A stretch of DNA of 64,000 bases, from contig NC_068995.1 in the NCBI RefSeq assembly GCF_001194135.2, positions 24,174,717 through 24,238,716 on the forward strand, read 5' to 3'. Source of the stretch: Octopus bimaculoides. Its lineage: Eukaryota. This document shows, piece after piece, positions 38,018 to 50,822 of this stretch. Below the pieces are notes generated by a model, which ran no database searches, was not told the origin of the DNA, and saw only the letters and a list, made by a program, of their open reading frames with translations. The first letter of the stretch is position 1, and each line of letters starts with the position of its first letter. The position numbers and the translations under genes were made by a program.

Positions 38018-40425
38018 GTCCCGCTTGCCAGTGTCTTCTAACAAACACCAAAATATATCTATATAAATCAAGAGGTCCACCTTGATCAGAAAACATAAAT
38101 GAAAAACGTAAAAGTAAATGGATAAACAGTTCAGGAATAAAAAAAAAATAGAAAAAGTAAGCCAGTGAAAATAAAATTTTCGTTTTTTTTATGCTAGAAT
38201 ATCCGATTTTGAACTGTTTTTATTCCACTCTATTCCACTCTATCTACATTTTTCTCATTCTTTCTACTGTCGTCTTCCTTATTTGCCAATGCACGTCAAT
38301 TTTTTCCTTAAAAAGATGTTGTGCTGTTAAGCATGAAATGTGGTGTATTTCATTTTACAAGAACTACTGGCTGTTAATCAAAGTAAACGGACGATTGATA
38401 TTTCAAAATCAAAAAATATATTTTATCGCAGACAAAACTTTGACCTCCATTTGTTTTATACGAAATGAGTTTTTGTAAGAGCATTCAAAAGTAGAAAGAG
38501 AAGAAAGTGAAGCAGCCGTCATAGATTTCGTTTAGGAGCAGACGACATAGATTCTTATGTGTAAACTGCATTAATGTTTCGATTTTAACTTTTAAAGCGT
38601 TTTTATGGGAAATAAAACAAAACATAAAAAAGTCTTTAGAAAGATTCGTGAACTTTTGAAGATATATGTGTGTCTGCATGTATGTATGTATGTACTTGAG
38701 AACAGATTTTCTTTTAGATATTCTGTACTGAATGCACGAGGTTCTAGTTTTATGCTTTTTATCAATGGTTTGCTTTCTTTTTCATATTTTTCTAAGTTTT
38801 GGCAGTGTGTTTGAAATACTGAAGTACTCAAATCCAACGTCAGCTGTTGTAGACTTTCAGAGCCTCACCTTCAGAATGAGGTGAGATTTTATTATAAGTA
38901 GATCCAGTGCCGTATTTCTACTGGAATTTGGATACTGGTCGTTAGATGTGTACGTCAACTGCCAGAAATATATTTTTATTAAGTAGTAAATGTCTTTGTC
39001 TTCATTTTAGCATTTTCTATGTTGTGTGCATTGTTTCCATCATTAATCGTCTATTTTTATGTGAAATTCTATAAAGTGTATATACCTTGTCCACAAATAC
39101 TTTCCTCTCTATTTTGTTTTCTGATGTAGAGTGCAGTGAATCGCAATTGCTCCTTGGTGAGCCAATGTAAGACTTTTGTATAACACTTGAAGGCATCAAA
39201 TTTAAACTTTCACTTCTGCAATCGTATTTAAAAATCATATCGACCAGTAATAGCTTCTTTGTGGGTTTATAAGCTTGCGGTTTGTTTCTGATGTTTTTTT
39301 TTTTAATTTAACTGTCCTCATGATGATACTTATACTGCTGGATATGGGTATAAAAACTGCTCCCCGTTGCCAAACCATGCTGAGCCAGTGTGAAGTGTCG
39401 AATCAGAATGATCACAAGCTCAGATTAACGGCCTCCACAGCAGACCGTGGTTGGGTGAGCAATCCAATCCAATCCAATCCAGTTGTGGTTTCTTATATCA
39501 TACATTGCGTTTTGTTTTACGTGGATTTTGAAAATGTGCTCATTTGCTCATTAGCTAGCATAAACGTTTCCTATAACAGACTTTCTGTGTGGTTTGTGAT
39601 CTTTTAATAGGTTTGCTGCCGGATGTATTTGTCATAAAATACATGTGTCTATTTTTTTTTATAGTTTGGTTAATTAGTTTTTAACAACACCTGTTGTTGA
39701 TTCGGTTCGTTTGTAGAGAATTTAAATGCTCTTCTAAGTAAGGGATTTTGCACTAACATTTGTATCTGTGTAGACATTTGCTGTCTCCATGTTGATATAT
39801 GCATATATTTCTACTTTTGTTGCAAATGGGTATAATATAAGCATTTATACGCATACCATCATGTATATGAATATATATCTATATATATACATACATACAG
39901 ATATGTAAGTAGATATGCTCATACATATGCATACCATAAGAATACGTATATAAACATATGTGTGTATCCATGTGTTTATGTATATATGTGTGTAAATATG
40001 CACATATATACGTACATTTACATACATATATATTGTGTAACATGCAAGATTAAGGAATAAATATAAGTGTATGTGTGTATGCATGTATGCATATATGTAT
40101 GTATATAATATTATATATATATATATATNNNNNNNNNNNNNNNNNNNNNNNNNNNNNNNNNNNNNNNNNNNNNNNNNNNNNNNNNNNNNNNNNNNNNNNN
40201 NNNNNNNNNNNNNNNNNNNNNNNNNNNNNNNNNNNNNNNNNNNNNNNNNNNNNNNNNNNNNNNNNNNNNNNNNNNNNNNNNNNNNNNNNNNNNNNNNNNN
40301 NNNNNNNNNNNNNNNNNNNNNNNNNNNNNNNNNNNNNNNNNNNNNNNNNNNNNNNNNNNNNNNNNNNNNNNNNNNNNNNNNNNNNNNNNNNNNNNNNNNN
40401 NNNNNNNNNNNNNNNNNNNNNNNNN

Positions 40426-40616
40426 AACACCCTGAAACTAGTCTGCAGATGCCAAACCAGCAAGGGGAAACTGCTGACCTCCCCTGTTCGAAGGTTATAA
40501 AGGACACAGGTTTCGTGTGTCACATAGCTAGCTAGAGGCGATGGCTTCTTGAAGCTAATTCACGGCAGCTTTCGTCCTAATTTTGGGACTGCCATGTTGG
40601 CTTGGCGATAACTATT
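40426..40616 (+). mobile_element. Second copy of the unclassified young repeat (see 4942-5133), ending in (AT)n
   Basis: Near identity to 5013-5133, and the 3' end ...GGCGATAACTATT is followed by (AT)n. The strand is assigned only from the tail. Confidence 0.75.
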
Positions 40617-40754
40617 ATATATATATATATATATATATATTACATACAAATTTGAAATGTAGGTTGTCCTACAATAACACAGCCTACTCCCCGCCCGCCT
40701 TTCGTATTCAGAAACCTAGTGAAGGGTGTCAGTAACAAACGAGGCTCTGGTGTC

Positions 40755-41690
40755 TGTTACAACGAGGCTCTGGTGTCCAGTTGGTTTAAGGACCGCATCT
40801 CCTATATTCCGGGCCCTGGCATTTGCAAAAGGAGGCGCCACCGTAATATCATTTGGTTTGCCCCACCCTTCTCTCTCCATGTTAAAACCTGCGTGGGAAG
40901 AATATTCCTTAGACTTGTTGGCAAACACTTCACACAGTCGCACAGATACAGACGAGTGTTTAATAGGCAAAACTTAAGGGTATCTTTCAATTGTGCGCCC
41001 AACGTTAAGAAAATTTTATTGAGCACCCCTAAGCCACGAGCAGAGGCTCATATAGGATGTACAATGACTGACCAGTGGAGGGTGGGATCGATGCTAAACC
41101 GAAGGCGTCGTGTATGAGGTTGAAAGGATGGCCGGCACTGGCAGCCTCAGTAACTGCCTAAGCAACAACGGCACATCTGCCGACAACAGCAACAACAACA
41201 ACAATGGTAGTGGCTACGGCGGTGGCAACAGCAGCGCTTCAAGCAGCAGAGACAACAATACCAACAGTTACAATGGCATCAGTAACACTAACTTTGCGAC
41301 CGGAAATAGCTGCTACGCCAGCAGCAACAGAACCACGAGAATCACGTCCACGAATATCAGCACTGGCAGCGATTCCCGCAGCAACAACAATGACACCAGA
41401 TCCGGAGTTAACGAAAGAAACATCGGTGGTGGTGGTACATTCAATACACAGACACGAAAATGTGTTGTTTACTAAGTTCAAACGAGGCAGATGGATGTGT
41501 TAGCATCGAAGTCGAAGGTTTTGTAACTAACAAGGAGAGTAATTCTATATATCACTTGAAGAAATACAACTGGATCCCGTTATACAGGTAAACCGTGGCA
41601 TAATTTAAATCCTGTAAATATGAAGATCTATGTTGTATGGAAACGGGAGTAATGATTATAAAATAACTGTCTAATCGTACTTCTTATTGA
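40755..41690 (+). mobile_element. Penelope-like element ORF fragment (RT C-terminus, linker, decayed GIY-YIG)
   Basis: KRRRHRNIIWFAPPFSLHVKTCVGRIFLRLVGKHF...RVFNRQNLRVSFNCAPNVKKI matches the PLE pattern KRKRNIIWFNPP.S..VKTNIG..FL.L..KHF..IFNRN..KVSYSC.PN. Further on, CVVY and FYI.L resemble GIY-YIG motifs (weaker). Confidence 0.8.
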
Positions 41691-42317
41691 TTCTATCTTA
41701 TTCAATTATATATATACACATATATATTCGAAAACTGGAACGATTCCATCATCAAAATCATTAAAAACTACGAGCAGTTATAAACATCAAATGGGATGAT
41801 TATATCAACAACCTTGCAGACCTTGGACGGATCAAGAGCATTGGAGTTATCATCATCAAACATCGCCTCGGATATACAGAATATATCCATTGCATGAACA
41901 GTACTCGACTGCCATGTCAACTCCCCTGAAGCGAAGTCAGTATCTTTAATAGATCACTGGATGAAGACAGTAAGTGACTGTCAGTAACTGAGTGAACAAC
42001 GTCCCAACTGGCTTAAACAACTAATGGCCAGTAAGCTGGACAGCCTTGATCCTATGGGTAGACTTTATAACTTTTTAGGAGTTCGGACAAGAAAATTAAA
42101 ATAACTGTAGTGTACAATGATATGCAGAGGTTGCTGGGTGGAAGTTGGTCAGGAGAAAGACATCCGGGAAGCTAGGTTTTGGAATGTAGATAGAGAGAAA
42201 AGGATAACATCAAGACTGAATGCGTATCTGTTGCTTTTGGGTGAATTGTGTTTCAGTTGATACATTATGTGGATGGCCACATCAGAGCCACAGAGGTGTC
42301 CGGGAAAGATTAGAAAG

Positions 42318-42528
42318 ATTTGATTCAAATTTTAGCACGAGACAAGCAATTTTCCGGAGGGAGTAAGTCTTTTGCATCAACCCCGGTGTTCAACTGGTAC
42401 TTATTTTATCAACCCCAAAAGGGTGAAAGGAAAAGTCGACCTCAAATTTAACTCAGGACGTAAAACCGGACGAAATGCCGCTAAGGACTTTTTAACACGG
42501 CGTGCTAACGATTCTGCCAGATCGCCGC
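42318..42528 (-). mobile_element. tRNA-derived SINE (family A)
   Basis: Reverse strand CGGCGATCTGGCAGAATCGTTAGCACGCC...GTCGACTTTTCCTTTCACCC...GATAAAATAAGTACCAGTTG. Confidence 0.8.
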
Positions 42529-42539
42529 GTTAGAAGGTT

Positions 42540-42790
42540 AGAGATGTTATACAGGGGCATACTTTAGGTATCCATCTTTATCTATTTTGATAAGGTGATA
42601 GAATGTGGGAAATTTGCTACTTCTAGTGGTAAAGTTGGTTTTAAACTTGATAGGGAGCTTACGACAGCTGCAGATATCAATCCAGGTTGGGTTGATTAAA
42701 ATCTCGTTCTAGATTGGTGTGGTTCCTGTAAATTTGGTGCATAGATCATTGTTATTGAGTTGTTTGAATGTTAACTCATTTTATTTACTT
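42540..42790 (-). mobile_element. Decayed Penelope-like RT N-terminal fragment
   Basis: QLNNNDLCTKF...PTFYHLIKIDK resembles RQL.....Y..L...P.FY.LPKIHK. Confidence 0.5.
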
Positions 42791-42971
42791 GATACGATAA
42801 CACAGATTTTTTTCCCTCTGTCAGAAAGGGAAGTAAGTGAGACATTTCGTTGTTAAGTTTTGGAGTAGGTTTGTATCGATAAAACAATTAATTTTTTTTT
42901 TAAATTTGTTTTATTATTTTTTTAATTAGACAACAATGATTGCAAGTTCCTCCTATGTTCACCGTGTATCA

Positions 42972-44510
42972 CAATTCACGACACGATTCAGTACAAGGAT
43001 TTCCACACAATATAGTAGACATGTAATTTCTCTCTTTCATTCTTCTTACTCTTCTCTCTCCCCGTTCACAATAGAACATAAATGACCAATACTCTTCAGT
43101 CTTTTTTTCCCTTCTGTCCTTCTTTTTATTTATTTTCTATTTTTCTTTAATATATTTTGTCCTCGGCTGTTGGATCATCATCAGATAAAAACGACGACTA
43201 AACTATCTTAATAACCTTGTAGTTTGTTTGAAACAATAAACTTCCTAAATCCATTATTCTGAACGTATCCAAACAATCTCAAATTCGTCATTAAGATATG
43301 AAGTATTATTCGCTCCCGTATCGCCTTTTTTATATTGTGAACGACTCCCATTTTATGCAAATATCACATTTGGGACGAAAAAAAAGATTGCTACAGATGA
43401 GTTATGTATCGGTGTCAGTCGTTATAATAGTAATGTCGATGGTAATGTTGTTCCGTTTATCACGACTGACGCAGACAAAAGGATTGCTGTGCTAGCCTGT
43501 AATTGAAAGTGAAAAAAAGTATTTAAGCCGATTTATTTCTCGTGGTCGACACAAATATGGTTTCACCACTCTAACGTTGTGGTCGTTTCTTAGTAGGGTT
43601 GTGATATTCGAGTTGTTCTGAAATTTTTTGTATGAGTTGATGAAGCAACATTTTTATGCAGAAGTCCTGTATTATAATTCAGAGAACTTTTAAAATAAGG
43701 GACGCTTCGGGAAAAGTGATGGCTTCAGATCGTGATAGGAATTTTATCGTTTTCTAAGTAGCTTTAAAGAAGTTGATTTGGCATCCAGTCTTATCAGGCT
43801 GATAGTCTCTCTGATATTTGGAATAATACTTTAACGGTGGCAAATTTGGCTTGTGTCAGATGTAGAGATAGACGAGGATTCTGCAGAATATGTAGAAAAT
43901 TAATATTACAGATGACAATAGTTATGCAAATCGAATACTGAGTATCAAAAATAACAATATCGTTAAATGTGGATAAAGCAACTAAATATTTTTAAAAATT
44001 AGCCAACAACTAGCAGCCAACTTTTCTACAGTGATTGCAAGTGTCTCCTATAAATAAGTACACCTTATATTCATCCGGTAACGCAATTCACACGTTTCAT
44101 CCTTGCACACATGTCATTCCAAACAAGGATTTCGACATAATACAGTGGACATGTAATTTCTCTCACTTTCACGCTTCTTAACTCTCCTTCTCGGTCACGG
44201 CCGGACATGAGCAATAGTTTTCTGTCTTTTTCCCTTTGTCCTCCTTCCATTTACTTTTATATTTTTAGTTATATATCTTTTTCTTATTATTTTATATACT
44301 TTTTCTTCAGCTCTTATGTCATCATCATGCAAAAATGACGACTAAAATATCTTAATATCCTTGCAGGTATTAAGATAGTTTGAAACAATAATCTTCCTAA
44401 ATTCATTATTATCAATGTATCCAAACAATCTCAAATTTATCATCAGGATATGAGGTATTGTTCGCTCATGCTTTGACTTTTTTATAGTAAGCGACTTCTA
44501 TTTTATTCAG
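42972..44510. repeat. Diverged ~400-bp direct repeat pair (42972-43365 and 44084-44510)
   Basis: Colinear anchors ACAAGGATTTC, GACATGTAATTTCTCTC, ACGACTAAA, GTTTGAAACAATAA, GTATCCAAACAATCTCAAATT, GATATGA.GTATT.TTCGCTC. Confidence 0.85.
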
Positions 44511-44987
44511 ATGTTATCGACAGAATTCGACTTTTACAGTTACACCGCATTGTTCACTTGTTTATCCTGTTCATGTCACTGTATGTTGCCATTATGCTTA
44601 ATTCAGTTTACTGTTGTAATACAACAATTACTGCTAAAGCTAATCATCTATTTTTTTCTGTATGCACACATGCACACACTCACGGGTATATACATACATG
44701 CATACATAAATATATATAATTTAGATTCAGTTGAATTAGGTACTTAAATTGAGGCACCTTGTTAGGACGAACTTATTTGCACACTCAGAAAATATCAGGT
44801 GAGTATCAAACTCAACATAGAATTTTTTCCACCCGATATTCATGCAAACTATGCAGATGGCACTTAGTGTATAAATCCGCTCTTGTTTGTTCAGACATGT
44901 ACTTTATATAAATCTACTTTCCAAATACTTCCGAAGTGCAGATTCCAGAGTAGATGAGAAAATATAAATGAGTAACAAAGATGTATA

Positions 44988-45290
44988 TGTGTCAATTCGT
45001 TACAGCCGATTCGAGCAATTCCTTTACTTGATCAATGAATGCATTACATCATTACAAAGAAAACCGTTCTCATCAGTTGACAGCATAGACATCAAGCATA
45101 AAGGACAGGTTAGATAATCAAACATATTCATAAATCTATTGATGATATGAATATGTCTAAATATCTAACTTGTCCTTTATTCTTGTCCTCTATACGGTCA
45201 TCTCATGAGAACGGTTTTCTTTGTAATGATATAACGCTTTCATTGTTCAATGAAAGGAATCACTCGAAACGGCCGTAATGAATTGAAACT
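44988..45290. mobile_element. Palindromic MITE, TA-flanked (Tc1/mariner-type)
   Basis: About 145-bp imperfect inverted arms (e.g. CATTACAAAGAAAACCGTTCTCAT / ATGAGAACGGTTTTCTTTGTAATG) around a ~13-nt spacer, with TA at 44986-87 and 45291-92. Confidence 0.8.
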
Positions 45291-45302
45291 TATATATTTT
45301 TG

Positions 45303-45342
<40 letters not shown>

Positions 45343-45375
45343 NNNNNNNNNNTATATATATATAGATATATATAT

Positions 45376-45768
45376 GTCGCAAGTGTAGCTAAGTGGTAAG
45401 AGGCTTGCTTCTCAACCACATGATTCCGGGTTCTGTCCCAATTTGTGGCACCTTGGGTGAGTGTTTTCTGCTATGGCCTCGGTCTAACCAGACATTTGTG
45501 AGTGGATTTGGCAAAACAGAAACTGAAATAGGCCCCTCGTAAATATATGCGTGGGTGCGTGTGTGCGTGTGCGTGTGTATTGTGTTTGTGTTTATCCCCC
45601 ACTGCTGCGTCGCAATGGGTGTGGGTGTGTCTATGTCCTTGTAACTTAGTGGTTCGGCAATAGAGTCAGTTTGAATAAGTACCAGGCTTAAATAAATAAG
45701 TACTGCTGCTGATTCATACAACTAAAGATTCATGGATGCAATCTAATGGCTGAAACAAGTAAAAGATA
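45376..45768 (+). mobile_element. SINE family B, decayed
   Basis: GTAGCTAAGTGGTAAGAGGCTTGCTTCTCAACCACATG..GGGTTCTGTCCC head, GTAACTTAGTGGTTCGGCAA body and GGCTGAAACAAGTAAAAGA tail. Confidence 0.8.
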
Positions 45769-46149
45769 AACAATACACACATACACANNNNNNNNNNATA
45801 TAATACGTCATATGTAAACAAACATAAGTTTGTTTTTGAAGCGTTGCAATTTATTTCTGCTCTTAAAAACGGATTTTATCCTTTACATATACTCTTCAGT
45901 ATTTACGTGTTAACAAAATATCTTTTTCTACTTCTTCTATATATATATATATAGTAAATCCAAAATCCTCTTGTATGTATACATAGATATATATATAACA
46001 TATATACTTAATGGATAAACTCAGTTTGCTTACCTCCCCTCTTCTAACACGAGGATCGTAACTGTTTTTGTAACCACTTAACCACATACATACAGATCTA
46101 ATCATAATCCTGTAACACACTGAAAATTCCTCTATATCCACGATGTGTT

Positions 46150-47220
46150 GGTGCGGGGAATAAATTGTCATCTAAATTACATAAATATGTAAATATCACT
46201 GACATCTCATTATAACAGATATATTTACCAAAATTGCATAACAATCTCTTGAAATACTAAAGGGTAAATTTATTCAATAAGATCGCTATTTGCTTCAACT
46301 AAGGCCTCTAGACGACTTCAGAATCACTTGCAACTCTTCTGGACGGTCTCCTTGCTTAAGTTGGTGAATGCTGCCATAATCCTTGCCTTCAATTAATCTT
46401 TGGTGTTACAAGGAGTTTCGTTGGTCTCTCGCTCAACTGCGCCCAACACATAATAATCAGCGGGACTGCAGTCTGAGGAGTTAGTTGACCAGATGTTAGG
46501 GGTGGTGTGGTCGCAGAAATTGTCTGACAATCATGACTGGATTCTCCTGCTTGTGTGACATAGTACAGAGTCCTGTTGTCAGACATAGGATCTTCCAGCC
46601 GCAACCCTCTTGGCCCTGAGCAGTACTACTTCCCCGAGGCACTTGATGTAGGCCTCCATGTTGAGACTGAGGACGTGTAGGAAAATAAATGGTGGCATAA
46701 CGTCGCCATCACTAGTGCTTACTCTAAACACCATGATGTTGACTGGACGTTTGATTTTTATCATTCTAGGTACATGTTTTGGGGACACAGCAAGCCAATG
46801 GTTGTTCTGTGTGTTAACCATCCTGACAGAAGTTTTTCTCGTCTGAGGAAAAAACAAAACATGTTCGATTGGAGGAAATGCTTGACTTTGTTCAAAAGCT
46901 TCGTAGCGCGGTCTTTCCTCTTGTCATTGATGGCTTGGGATAAAAATTGGCTCTTTCTCATCTTTATGAGGAATACCGAATGTCTTCATGTACTACCAGC
47001 CTGATAAAAAACCCACACAGTCCCATGTTTCTGGGATTGACTTGGAGGGATCGTTGTCAATCATGGCCTGGATCTCACCTACAAATTCAGGTGTTCTTTT
47101 TTCATCAGAACGCTCAGAGTTTTCCGAGCCGCCGTACCTTCGTAATCACCATTAAACTCATCCAACTCTTTCAGAATCCTTTGCACTGTCATTACAGAAA
47201 ATAAGCTGGTTACCACTCAG
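46150..47220 (-). mobile_element. DD37D (maT-type) transposon, decayed
   Basis: NNHWLAVSPKHVPRMIKIKRPVNIMVFRVSTSDGDVMPPFIF.HVLSLNMEAYIKCLGEVVL, then QQD-(37 aa)-D in QQDSVLCHT...DCSPADYYV. Same family as 31401-32007. Confidence 0.88.
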
Positions 47221-47297
47221 ATATCTATCAACAGTACCTCGTATTGACATGTGAATTCCGTACTAAGATCAATCATTGTAGCATAATTTTATAGTCC

Positions 47298-47342
<45 letters not shown>

Positions 47343-47620
47343 AACATGCACATTGCCTCATACGCATGCTTTTATTCATGTATAGTTTTGCAGTGGAAGC
47401 ACAACGACGTCTTTTTACTCTTACTCCCATGTAGGTGTGCAGGAGTCTCTGAATATCTTTCTTTTTCTCTTTTTAGTCACTCACTGACTCTGAGTGTATC
47501 AGTTTCATTTAATAGACATGGAATAAGTGCTATTTATATTTACTATACTTCAAACTTTATGCGCATACAATCTCTCACACACACATGCACATCTAATAAC
47601 TACATACATACATATGTGTG

Positions 47621-47663
<43 letters not shown>

Positions 47664-48904
47664 NNNNNNNNNNNNNNNNNNNNNNNNNNNNNNNNNNNNN
47701 NNNNNNNNNNNNNNNNNNNNNNNNNNNNNNNNNNNNNNNNNNNNNNNNNNNNNNNNNNNNNNNNNNNNNNNNNNNNNNNNNNNNNNNNNNNNNNNNNNNN
47801 NNNNNNNNNNNNNNNNNNNNNNNNNNNATATATACTCATATTTATGTATATATCTATATATATGAATACATAACACACACAGACACCTGTGTATATATAC
47901 TTACATATGCGTATATTTATAAATATACATACATACGTATCTATTCATATACATATACGTATACATGCGCGCGCGTGTGTGTGTGTGTGTCTACTTACAT
48001 ATATATTACATACGTATATGCAATATGTGTATGAATATTTTTTCAGCAGTGGGAGTGCATAGTAATGTACTCTAGTATATGTACGCATATATGTGTTTGT
48101 GTTTGTGCGGTGCAGGCGTTTATTCGATTCTTTGGTTGAGCAATAACAATGAAAGCAGTTTAGTAACATACATAGCGTGTGTACTAATTCTTATAAAGAC
48201 ACGTGCGTGTAAATGTGTATGTATGTGTGTTTACGTATGTTGTGCATTTCTGTGAGTGTGCCCCTATATGTGTGCATGCTACCATTTATTATTATTTCTT
48301 TTTATGTACATTCCGTGTATATGTATGGTGTACGTCCGCTTACCACAAACGCCATATTGAATTGGGTAAGGTTACGCTGACAGCACGAGAAGAAGTAAAC
48401 AGACGGTCAGACAAATCGATCGACCAATCGATATATAGATAATTAGATAAATAAACCTAGATGCCAAGTGGTCAGTCAGATGGATATATGGAATAGATAC
48501 ATAAATAAATCGATAGTATGGTCGATAAAAATGCTATAAAATACATTGAAAGCAGGAGGACGAAAAGACTGATTGATTAAATGAGTGGGTGAATATTACA
48601 CCCACCCACACAAATATATATACATACATGCGTACATACATACATACATACATACATACATACATACATACAAACATACATACATATATACAGTATGTTG
48701 TCTAAAATCCAACGAAAGAGCTTTGGTTGGAAAGCTTAAAACCGGATTTTTTCCATTAGTGATAATTTTTTAATGTAATACATAAATGCATACATGCATA
48801 CTTACATAGAGACATATACATGCATGTACACTAACATATATAAATACATATATAGTTACAAAAACGTATTCATGCATAAATACACGATATGTAAATATAT
48901 ATGC

Positions 48905-49110
48905 CATTATTCAGTTTTATTTCAAGATTTCTTGCCAGTAGAGAAAGAGTTGGTTTTTAACCTAGATCCAAGGCTCCTTGATGTATGAGTGTGTGTGTAT
49001 GTCCACACACAGACATAAATGTGTAGTTACCTATACCCACATAAATTGTTACATTCATACACACATACATACAAACATTGGAATTTCAACAGCATCAGCA
49101 GGAGTTCTTT
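48905..49110 (-). mobile_element. Short 3' UTR-only copy of the R4/Dong-like LINE, interrupted by a ~100-bp insert
   Basis: TTCAGTTTTATTTCAAGATTTCTT.CCA.TAGAGAAAGAG...TTTTTAACCTAGAT.CAAGGCTCCTT and CATTGGAATTTCAACA match 49128-49215. Confidence 0.8.
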
Positions 49111-49127
49111 GTACGTATGTATGTATG

Positions 49128-50822
49128 TTCAGTTTTATTTCAAGATTTCTTACCAATAGAGAAAGAGGCAGTTTTTAACCTAGATTCAAGGCTCCTTCAT
49201 TGGAATTTCAACAACCACAACAGAGTATTTTTGTTTGTATGTGTATTTGCAGATTTGTATGTTTTGATTTATGCATGTATTCTCATGCATGTACTTTTCT
49301 ACTCTAGGCACAAGGACCAAACTTTTTGAGGAGGGGGCCAGTCGATTAGATCGACCCCAGTACACAACTAGTGCTTAATTTATCGACCCCGAAAGGATAA
49401 GAGGCAAAGTCGACCTCGGCAGAATTTGAGCTCAGAACACAAAGACAGGCGAAATACCGCTAAGCATTTCGCCCGGCGTGCTAACGTTTCTGCCAGCTTG
49501 CCGCCCTAAGACATGCTCAAATATATTTAAATGATAAACTTCTGGAAAGTTTTACAGATTTTTACAGTTCCAGTGATGGATTGGATTTGTGGTCTTCGAA
49601 ATTAGCTTTCTCTTTTCTGGTTTTGAAAAGCCTAATTTCTCCAGATTGGTAATTTAGGCAGTGTGTTACATATCCCAGGTCCCAATAATTACAGGTATAA
49701 ATCTGAACTTGTAATCTAGATGGAGTTTCTTCAGATTTCCAATAGTTCAGCATAGACATTCTCTTTTTCACTGATCTTCAGCTTTATGTTAACATCCGCC
49801 GAGAAGCTAATCTCCACAACTGAGCATATTTTCTCTTCTCTGTCCCAAACCATTGCATCAGGTCTGTTGTACTTACATTTTATTGAGGTCTTCACTGGAA
49901 CATTCTACCAGTACTCCTTTATATTATGAGTGGCTATGGCTTCTACCATACTGTGGGTTCTTATTTCTTTGTGTTTGGAGTTATCTTTCTGGCGGATTTC
50001 ATTATACAGTATCTTAGCTACATCATGTCTCATCAGTAGATAATACCATGATGACATTTTTGGACAACTGCTCATGATGTGGGTGATATCTTCAGTGTGA
50101 ACTCCACAAAGTCTGCATCGGTTGTCACATTTTACTGCTTTTCCTGCATCTCTATCCCTTTTGTGCTTCAGGTACTTGGTCGATATTTCCTGTTCCTGGA
50201 TTGCAAGCGCATACCCTTCAAAGTGGAAAGTTGTAATCCTGCTGTTGGTCCATAATAGACTGCTTTGGTGATCGATGTTACTATCATTTCGGAGTTTTTC
50301 TACTAACATATCCATGCATCGTCTTCTGCTCATATAGGCTCATCCTCTCATCTGATAATACGTTGCAGTAGAGTCGTGCAACTTCTTTGGGCATGTATTC
50401 TAGGTTATCAGACACAGAATGTTGCTCAAGGAGCTGCCTTCCAAGTCTTATGATATTATCAACCTCATGTATGCAAACTTGGTCAAGAGAAGCACTTCGA
50501 TAATTGGTAGTTAAAAGATGTTGCTGAAGAGATATGATACGACATTCAAAGGCATTTTAAATCGATGTTAAGCCTCTGCTGCTTTGTTTTCGTTTTAGGT
50601 AGCGGCAGTGTACGTCACTGTTTATGTGGAAATTATGTACGCTTGTTAATATTTTTCGGGTTTTCACATCAATGCTCGGATCTTATCAAGCGTCCAATGA
50701 AGCAGCCCAAATGTTGGTATGAGTACTGGCAGTGCAAATACATTGTGGGCTACTATTTTATTGAACGCAGAGAGTTCTGAGGTTCAAATTTTCTTTATTC
50801 GGCTGTAATACGCTTTAGTGAC
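49128..50822 (-). mobile_element. 5'-truncated R4/Dong-clade non-LTR retrotransposon with restriction-like endonuclease
   Basis: Minus frames give NVFALPVLIPTFG, (ID)VKTRKILT, NFHINSDV..RYLKRKQ.RGL, EGYALAIQEQEI, a CCHC knuckle CRLCGVHTEDITHIMSSC, RHD, then YNRPDAMVWD...VVEIS (PD..D/E nuclease motif) and a stop near 49530. Confidence 0.88.
49294..49506 (-). mobile_element. tRNA-derived SINE (family A) nested in the R4/Dong 3' UTR
   Basis: Reverse strand GGGCGGCAAGCTGGCAGAAACGTTAGCACGCCGGGCGAAATGCTTAGCGG ... CCTTGTGCCTAGAGTAGAAAAG. Confidence 0.9.

Noticed and set aside
39017-39290. GIY-YIG-like IFKYDC...SYIG on the minus strand
   Set aside because: Plausible Penelope remnant but too degenerate to assert.
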